A stretch of DNA of 64,000 nt. Source: Patescibacteria group bacterium (GTDB lineage: Bacteria; Patescibacteriota; Minisyncoccia; Phycocordibacterales; UBA918). A program made the position numbers and the translations under genes. The notes below the pieces were generated by a model. That model was not told the DNA's origin. It ran no database searches and saw only the letters and a program-made list of their open reading frames with translations. The number at the start of each line of letters is the position of its first letter. The stretch's first letter is position 1. The stretch lies in contig JAIELQ010000005.1 of the NCBI GenBank assembly GCA_019752815.1, positions 140,816 through 204,815 of the forward strand. Direction: 5' to 3'. Positions 58,132-64,000 of the stretch are shown here, in pieces.

Positions 58132-58228
58132 TGTGATACTCCAGATTGAACTAAGCTTGCGCTATTAAACCATAAATTCACAAAATAACAATGATGCGTA
58201 AACAAAAAACTCCAGAAGGAGTTTTTTG

Positions 58229-58798
58229 TTAGAAAAGTTGGCGCAATTCTTCTAAAGGTAAATCTGGATTTTTTAGTATGGCATCGTATATATCCACTGA
58301 TTCAAAATCCTTTCCAACTCCATAGCGTCCCCCAGCGATAAGCTCCTCTTTCATAGTTAGTACTAAAATTCGGTTTTGTTCTGATAGTTTTGTTAGTGTC
58401 TCATCATAGCGGAAAATTTTGGGATTAACCCACGCTGGTTTTTGTAGCCAGATATCACATGACCACTCAAAATATTCTGTATGAATTGTTGGCGATACCC
58501 AGTAACCAGTAGGTCTGTCTCCGCTATTTTTATGTGGGAAACTAACCCGATCTCCTGTTTTAAGTTTTGATACAGTGTCGAGGTTTAGTAATTCAGTACA
58601 TAAATTAACATACATTTGTTTTGAGATGTCTTCATTTATGACATATATGTCAATATCAGGATGGTAAAGTAATTTATAAAGATAGCTACCGTTAACTTCT
58701 ACGTTTCCATATTTAGATAATATCGGAAGTATTGTATTTTTCAGGAGTTGAGTTGCATCAGTATGTAACTGATCTTGCTTTATAAGAAGTGGGTGCAT
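58229..58798 (-). CDS. Hypothetical protein with nucleotidyltransferase-like motif
   Basis: GSYLYKL...DIDIYV ... W.CDIW (GS..DxD..D); AT-rich. Confidence 0.6.
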   Translation of the reverse strand: MHPLLIKQDQLHTDATQLLKNTILPILSKYGNVEVNGSYLYKLLYHPDIDIYVINEDISKQMYVNLCTELLNLDTVSKLKTGDRVSFPHKNSGDRPTGYWVSPTIHTEYFEWSCDIWLQKPAWVNPKIFRYDETLTKLSEQNRILVLTMKEELIAGGRYGVGKDFESVDIYDAILKNPDLPLEELRQLF

Positions 58799-58828
58799 GT
58801 TTGAAATTATATCAGATTAAACTATTAC

Positions 58829-58862
58829 GTGGATTGCCGCGTCGCAAGCTCCTCGCAATGAC
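58829..58862. repeat. Short palindromic repeat of the GTCATTGCGAG...GCAATC (RPE-like) type
   Basis: GGATTGCCGCGTCGCAAGCTCCTCGCAATGAC; family recognised from memory, single copy here. Confidence 0.55.
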
Positions 58863-59073
58863 AAATGTTTAGACAAACAAAAAACTCCCGAAGGAGTTTT
58901 TTGTGTCTAGCGCTTCGATAAGGAAACGATATATTTTGACGATTTTTATCGTTTTGTCACGAATCACTAAGTATATTATTTCGCTACGCTCATAATCTAC
59001 TAAGTGTTCTCGACCCCGGCTCGCGGTTTCTTTTCTGGGAGGAAAAGAAACATCGCTGCGCCTTCAAAGCACG

Positions 59074-59100
59074 AAAAAAGGCCCCGCAGGGGGCCTTTTT
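59074..59100 (-). terminator. Terminator after rpsI
   Basis: AAAAAAGGCCCC-GCAG-GGGGCCTTTTT. Confidence 0.85.
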
Positions 59101-59102
59101 GT

Positions 59103-59510
59103 CTAGCGCTTTGACCAGGCCGGTCGTTTGCGAGCTTTTAGTAGGCCGAATTTCTTTCGTTCCACTGAACGTGGATCTCGTTTGAGGAAGCCAGCTTTTT
59201 TAAGTTCAATGCGGCGATCAGCTTTTTCTTTTACCAGTGCGCGAGCGATTCCGAGACGGATAGCTTCGGCTTGTGAAGAGGTACCACCACCGAGAACTTT
59301 GGCAGTAATGGTGTAATGTTCAATACCAGCATCTTTTGTATCTAAAACTGATTGTACATCCTTGTGGAGTGATACGTGCGGGAAGTAATCAGTGAGTTTT
59401 TTATCGTTAACAATGATAGTTGTTTCTTTGGCCGGTGTAAGGCGGACACGAGCAGTAGAAGTCTTGCGACGTCCAATGGCTTCGATGTAGCGGGTTGATG
59501 TAGTTGCCAT
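59103..59510 (-). CDS. rpsI: 30S ribosomal protein S9
   Basis: GRRKTSTARVRL, RDPRSVERKKFGL, WSKR. Confidence 0.98.
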   Translation of the reverse strand: MATTSTRYIEAIGRRKTSTARVRLTPAKETTIIVNDKKLTDYFPHVSLHKDVQSVLDTKDAGIEHYTITAKVLGGGTSSQAEAIRLGIARALVKEKADRRIELKKAGFLKRDPRSVERKKFGLLKARKRPAWSKR

Positions 59511-59511
59511 A

Positions 59512-59874
59512 TTATTCAGTGATTACCAGGTTCTTAAGCATTGGCTTTTTGAGCTTGGTGTTAGCAAGCATACCAGCGATGGTTCGTTCAACAACTACTT
59601 TGTAGCCGAGGCGGTTTCCAAGGTGGTCAAGCGTTTCAGTCTTTCGTCCTCCTGGGTACCCAGAATAAGATTGATAGATTTCAGTCTTTTTCTTTTCAGG
59701 AATGTCCATTTTTGAAACATTCGTGATGGAAACAGTCACCGGCGCAACGAGGTTCTTAACAAAGTCAGGCTGGTCTTTCCCGAGGAGTACTCGAGCCGCT
59801 TCTGTCGCAACAATTCCCAACCGCTTGCCAGCGGCGTCAATTGTGTGAACGCGGTTTTGTGTTTTAGTGTCCAT
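59512..59874 (-). CDS. rplM: 50S ribosomal protein L13 (short, 120 aa)
   Basis: IDAAGKRLG..A..LLGK, YSGYPGG, GML; directly upstream of rpsI. Confidence 0.92.
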   Translation of the reverse strand: MDTKTQNRVHTIDAAGKRLGIVATEAARVLLGKDQPDFVKNLVAPVTVSITNVSKMDIPEKKKTEIYQSYSGYPGGRKTETLDHLGNRLGYKVVVERTIAGMLANTKLKKPMLKNLVITE

Positions 59875-59882
59875 AAATAATG

Positions 59883-60239
59883 TTATTCTACAAATTCAAT
59901 TACTGCTTCGTCACGTCCGGCGGGAGTTCGTCCCATTTTAATAATCCGGGTATAGCCACCGTTTCGGGTTGCAAACTTCGGAGCGATTTCTTCAAACATT
60001 TTAGTGATTACCTTGGCTGCTGGTTCACCGAGTCGACTCGCCACAATGCGGCGTGCTGCCACGGTGTTCTTTTTACCATGCGACACGAGGCGTTCAACAA
60101 ATGGTCGGAGTTCTTTTGCTTTGGCTTCAGTGGTCTTGATTTTGCCGTCACGAATAAGTGAGACTGCAAGTCCGCGTACCAAGGCGGTTCGCTGTGAGCG
60201 AACACGTCCAAATTTTCTGTTTTTATTACCGTGTACCAT
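59883..60239 (-). CDS. rplQ: 50S ribosomal protein L17
   Basis: IKTTEAKAKELR, RNGGYTRIIK. Confidence 0.98.
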   Translation of the reverse strand: MVHGNKNRKFGRVRSQRTALVRGLAVSLIRDGKIKTTEAKAKELRPFVERLVSHGKKNTVAARRIVASRLGEPAAKVITKMFEEIAPKFATRNGGYTRIIKMGRTPAGRDEAVIEFVE

Positions 60240-60243
60240 ATAA

Positions 60244-61200
60244 TTATTCGCCTAGATTTAGACCCATAGTCTCAAGAAGTGAGACAATTTCGTCAACACC
60301 CTTTGGTCCAATACCGTCGAGCGCTAGAATATCATCTTTTGACTTTCGCACAAGCCCTCCAACAGTTCGGATAGAAGCTGCTTCCAAGGCGGCGAGAGTT
60401 CGCGTAGAAAGTTCAAGTGTTTCGATACGTGTTTTGAGGACTTCGGTATCAGGAGTAGTTGACTCACTTGCCTTCTCTATTTCGGCCACAACTGGAGTGT
60501 GATTCTGGTCTTGGAAGCCAATAATAGCTTTCAATTGATGAATCATGATTTCGATTGAGTTTTCAAGCGCTGCTCGTGGAGTGATTGTGCCATCAGTTTC
60601 AATACTGAGGCGAAGACGATTGTAGTCTGTTCGGTCACCTACACGCATGTTTTCTACTTCGTAGTTAGCGCGACGGATTGGTGTGAATACCGCATCGAGA
60701 GCAATTGTTCCGATTTCAACTTTGTCTTTTTGGTGGATTTCGCGTGGTACGTATCCTAAGCCCCGTTCAATGGTAATCGCCATATCGAGAACTGCTGTTT
60801 TGGCAGTTAATTCAGCGATGTGCTGAGTTGGGTTTAAGATTTCTACTTGTGAAGGACAGGTGATGTCGGCAGCGGTCACGATACCAGCACCTGATTTCTT
60901 GAGATGAATTGTCATTGGTTCTTCACCGTGGAGCTGAAAACGAACTCGTTTAAGGTTTAAAAGAAGTGTAATAACATCTTCGTTCATTCCAGAAATAGTT
61001 GAGAACTCATGTTGTACGCCTTCGATTTTAACTTGCGTTACCGTAGCTCCGGGAAGTGACGCGAGAATAATTCGGCGGAGTGAGTTTCCAAGGGTGTGAC
61101 CATATCCTGGGAAAAGACCATCGATTTCGTAGACGCCATGGAATTCTGCCTCAGATACAACGCGTGGCTTTGACGGTAGTGTGACATTTGTTTCTAACAT
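60244..61200 (-). CDS. rpoA: RNA polymerase alpha subunit
   Basis: GYGHTLGNSLRR, HEFSTI, VENMRVGDRTDY. Confidence 0.99.
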   Translation of the reverse strand: MLETNVTLPSKPRVVSEAEFHGVYEIDGLFPGYGHTLGNSLRRIILASLPGATVTQVKIEGVQHEFSTISGMNEDVITLLLNLKRVRFQLHGEEPMTIHLKKSGAGIVTAADITCPSQVEILNPTQHIAELTAKTAVLDMAITIERGLGYVPREIHQKDKVEIGTIALDAVFTPIRRANYEVENMRVGDRTDYNRLRLSIETDGTITPRAALENSIEIMIHQLKAIIGFQDQNHTPVVAEIEKASESTTPDTEVLKTRIETLELSTRTLAALEAASIRTVGGLVRKSKDDILALDGIGPKGVDEIVSLLETMGLNLGE

Positions 61201-61235
61201 AATGTGTGAAAATTACTTTTATAAACCGCGGTATC

Positions 61236-61841
61236 CTATCGACTGTAGTACTCAAGCACTTGTTCAGGATCAAACATGAAGTCGGTTGCTTGGTAGGTCG
61301 GTGTACCAGACACTGTGCCACGCATTGTTTTTACATCAAAACTAAGCCATGAAGGAACACTCGTTGCTTCGTGGGTGTCAGCAAGAAGTGTGAATAATCC
61401 TGTTGCCTTACTGCCCTCGCGAACAGTAATAACATCGTTTGGAGAAACTTTGTGAGATGGAATATCGAGACGACGACCATTAACATAAATGTGACCGTGG
61501 TTTACCATTTGGCGGGCAAAACGACGTGTTTTAGCGAGACCAAGACGGTAGACAACGTTATCGAGACGTGATTCCAATCGTTCAATCAAGAGGGCAATTG
61601 GTTGGTGACTCTTGGTTGAAGCTTCAGCCACGTAACGACTGAGTTGTTTTTCACTAATACCATAGGTAAAACGCATCTTTTGTTTTTCGATAAGTTGCTT
61701 TTTGTAGTCACTCGCCATGCCACCTCGCTTGCGCACGCGACCTTGTTTAGCCTGAGAAATAGCAAACTTAGCAGTTTGTGTCTTTTCAAAGATTGGGGCG
61801 CCAAGACGCTTGGCAATTTTGTATTTAGGACCGATTTTCAT
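61236..61841 (-). CDS. rpsD: 30S ribosomal protein S4
   Basis: QLIEKQK, LESRLDNVVYRLG, EYYSR. Confidence 0.98.
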   Translation of the reverse strand: MKIGPKYKIAKRLGAPIFEKTQTAKFAISQAKQGRVRKRGGMASDYKKQLIEKQKMRFTYGISEKQLSRYVAEASTKSHQPIALLIERLESRLDNVVYRLGLAKTRRFARQMVNHGHIYVNGRRLDIPSHKVSPNDVITVREGSKATGLFTLLADTHEATSVPSWLSFDVKTMRGTVSGTPTYQATDFMFDPEQVLEYYSR

Positions 61842-61852
61842 ATAATAATAAA

Positions 61853-62284
61853 TTAGATACGTCGTGGCTTAGGTGGACGAGTACCGTTAAATGGTACCGG
61901 TGTCATATCGACAATTTTAGTAATACCAATGCCTTTTCCAGAAAAAGCACGCAACGCTGATTCACGTCCAGCTCCTACGCCGCGGACTACTACTTCGGCA
62001 TCCTTCATACCCATTTGTTGGGCTTTTTCACCGATGATTTCTCCTACCTTGGCAGCAGCAAACGGTGTACTCTTGCGAGAGCCTTTAAATCCGAGCGCTC
62101 CACTTGATGCACTCATAACTGCGTTACCTTTTGGATCGCAGAGTGTTAATAGTGTGTTGTTAAAAGTAGCCAAAATGTTGAGGCGCCCTGCTGGCACTTT
62201 TCGTTTTGGAATACGATTCAGTGCGCGAGAACTACCCGCGATATCTGAACCCCCACTCTTCTTCATGATACGTTTCTTACCCAT
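61853..62284 (-). CDS. rpsK: 30S ribosomal protein S11
   Basis: ATFNNT, GFKGSRKSTPFAA, G.GRESA. Confidence 0.98.
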   Translation of the reverse strand: MGKKRIMKKSGGSDIAGSSRALNRIPKRKVPAGRLNILATFNNTLLTLCDPKGNAVMSASSGALGFKGSRKSTPFAAAKVGEIIGEKAQQMGMKDAEVVVRGVGAGRESALRAFSGKGIGITKIVDMTPVPFNGTRPPKPRRI

Positions 62285-62313
62285 ATGTCGTTACGTGTTG
62301 ATTAATAATAATT

Positions 62314-62691
62314 TTAAGTCTTTTCGAGCTTACGACGTCCACTACCCATCGTCTTCTTTGCACCCTTGAGTGTTCGGGCGTTAGTTTTTGTTCGTTGACC
62401 ACGAGTTGGTAAACGCTTGGCGTGGCGAGATCCACGGTATGATGAAATGTCCTTGAGACGTTTAATGTTAGCAGCGATAGAACGTTTTAGTTCACCTTCG
62501 ATAGTGAACGCTTCAACACTTTCACGAACTGCATTTTCTTGTTCAGTTGAAAGCGTGGTTGGCTTGGCAGTAGCTTCAATGTTGTGTGAAGCTAGGATTT
62601 CTTTTGCACGAGATAGACCAATACCATATACAGCGGTGAGGCCATAGGCTAATTGTTTATCGTCGGGGATGTTGATACCTGAAATACGCAT
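62314..62691 (-). CDS. rpsM: 30S ribosomal protein S13
   Basis: RISGINIP, YGIG, YRGSRH..LPTRGQRTKTNART. Confidence 0.98.
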   Translation of the reverse strand: MRISGINIPDDKQLAYGLTAVYGIGLSRAKEILASHNIEATAKPTTLSTEQENAVRESVEAFTIEGELKRSIAANIKRLKDISSYRGSRHAKRLPTRGQRTKTNARTLKGAKKTMGSGRRKLEKT

Positions 62692-62702
62692 ACTTATACT
62701 GA

Positions 62703-62819
62703 TTACCCTTGTCGCTGCTTATGGCGAGGTTTCTTTTTATTAATAACAAACACAACACCACGTCGTTTGACGATGATATCATCTGGACTCATTTTTTTAA
62801 CTGATGATCGTACTTTCAT
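62703..62819 (-). CDS. rpmJ: 50S ribosomal protein L36 (Zn-independent type)
   Basis: [38 protein letters not shown]; no Cys. Confidence 0.97.
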   Translation of the reverse strand: MKVRSSVKKMSPDDIIVKRRGVVFVINKKKPRHKQRQG

Positions 62820-62829
62820 GGTGTGATAT

Positions 62830-63054
62830 TTATAGTCGCTTACTAATCCGTGCTTTTCCGCCGTAGGGGTCGATAACCATACCGACCTTGTCTCCAACGA
62901 GCACTCTAATTCTAAAACGTCGCATCTTACCGGCAAGATAAGCAATTTTTGATTCCCCGGTGTCATCTAAGATGACACGGAAAAGAGCATTTGGGAGGGC
63001 CTCCTCCACAACGCCATATGCTAACTCGTCTTTTGTCGATTCTTGCTGGTCCAT
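62830..63054 (-). CDS. infA: Translation initiation factor IF-1
   Basis: [31 protein letters not shown]. Confidence 0.97.
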   Translation of the reverse strand: MDQQESTKDELAYGVVEEALPNALFRVILDDTGESKIAYLAGKMRRFRIRVLVGDKVGMVIDPYGGKARISKRL

Positions 63055-63102
63055 TACGCGAGGGTGAGTGTAACAAATTAATGTGACACAGTCAATACAC
63101 CA

Positions 63103-64000
63103 CTACGGCTGTGGTGTTGATAGTTCTTCTTTTATCGTGATGTCATTGAGGGTTGTGGGGAAACTACGCTTCCAAAATGGTCTCACTTCAACTTCACCCC
63201 GTTCAATACCTGTGTAATTACCCATAACTTGAGTAAAGGCAGTCTTTTCTTTGCCGAGTAGTTCTGTCTTCATACGTTCTCCGTCAAAGGTCCAGACAAT
63301 CTTTGGAACACCGGCTATTTTAAAGGTTAATGATGGTTCATTGGCGATGTTTGATTGACTGGTGGTTGCGTTTACGTAGGCAAAGGTAAGGTTTTCAAGG
63401 TTATCAATTCGGACTGGTTCATCTTCGTAACCAACAATTGTTTCTTTAGCAATAAACTTGGCAAAATCTTCTTTTTTAAAGAGTGGTATCTGAAGAACGG
63501 CTTGTTCCTTAATCGTTACCAAATCATCACCGTATTGTGTCGGTGGGAGTGGATTGTACGTGATGGCAATTGAGTCAGCAAAACTCGTAAAATCCGCTGG
63601 ACTTTCAGCCTTGATTTTAGCGAGCAAAGCATTGCGTAGTTCAAGCTGCAGTGACTGCCGAGCAGTACTTAATTCGGCTTCATTAATAATAAATTTTGGT
63701 CCGTTAAATCCATCGACAAATGCAGCGGTATTTTTAGCTGAAATAGCATTAAATAAGTCAGTAAATCCTCCCTCTTTAAATCCAGGTACCGTGAGTGGAG
63801 TATTTGCTGGAATATTATGTTTTTCACCAGCTTCGTCGGCGAACACTTGGGCTCGGATAACCCCTGGCACCGGTTTACCATCAGTGCCATTTACTGCTCC
63901 AGGCACTACTACTGATTCTTGTATACGAAATACCAACCCATCAGCGGTAGCAAAGCGGGTGTTCTTGATGAGTCGTTCTGCTCCCGGTGTTGATTTTGAG
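63103..64000 (-). CDS. Hypothetical protein, C-terminal part (possibly baseplate-J-like; runs off window end)
   Basis: Frame open to window edge: ..TRFATADGLVFR...A...G...NI...T.PG...GF.G..; family call tentative. Confidence 0.55.
   Translation of the reverse strand, partial: SKSTPGAERLIKNTRFATADGLVFRIQESVVVPGAVNGTDGKPVPGVIRAQVFADEAGEKHNIPANTPLTVPGFKEGGFTDLFNAISAKNTAAFVDGFNGPKFIINEAELSTARQSLQLELRNALLAKIKAESPADFTSFADSIAITYNPLPPTQYGDDLVTIKEQAVLQIPLFKKEDFAKFIAKETIVGYEDEPVRIDNLENLTFAYVNATTSQSNIANEPSLTFKIAGVPKIVWTFDGERMKTELLGKEKTAFTQVMGNYTGIERGEVEVRPFWKRSFPTTLNDITIKEELSTPQP

Noticed and set aside
62820-62966. N-terminal extension of rpmJ in the ORF track (likewise extended starts for typA, gltX, GIY-YIG and 6461)
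   Set aside because: The extensions overlap upstream genes or promoters; family homology or expression signals point to the downstream ATG.
1-64000. CRISPR array or prophage
   Set aside because: No regularly spaced direct repeats, cas genes or phage structural/terminase cluster seen.
1-64000. Alternative genetic code (TGA=Gly)
   Set aside because: Conserved genes are full length under code 11 and several end in TGA with ATGA coupling.

Overview
Chromosomal segment of a reduced-genome bacterium using the standard genetic code, most likely Patescibacteria/CPR (Parcubacteria-like). This is inferred from gene content, AT-rich SD-less leaders, a short L13 and a short AspRS. Housekeeping genes include ung, groES/EL, lemA, htpX, msrA, typA, gltX, murG, ftsW, mraY, scpAB, pepA, aspS, trpS, grpE-dnaK-dnaJ, the infA-rpsI cluster and tRNA-Ser(GGA). 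Gene orientation flips from + to - at a Xer-like recombinase near 26 kb, a candidate terminus. Main observations: (1) about a dozen dispersed 'solo' gene cassettes carry promoter, strong Shine-Dalgarno and terminator, whereas core genes lack SD and often look leaderless; they include ChvI/CtrA-like DNA-binding proteins without a functional receiver and a GC-rich twin of a native membrane gene; (2) an ultrashort-Stem-I T-box with an Asp (GAC) specifier and an intrinsic terminator precedes aspS; (3) a tandem [unannotated single-TM micro-protein + multi-TM histidine kinase] module lies beside a SET-domain gene; (4) three ~125-bp hairpin elements with a shared CGTAC/GTACG core follow stop codons; (5) direct-inverted-direct echoes of the tRNA-Ser and rpsI 3' ends. 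All calls were made by eye, with no database search or folding computation.
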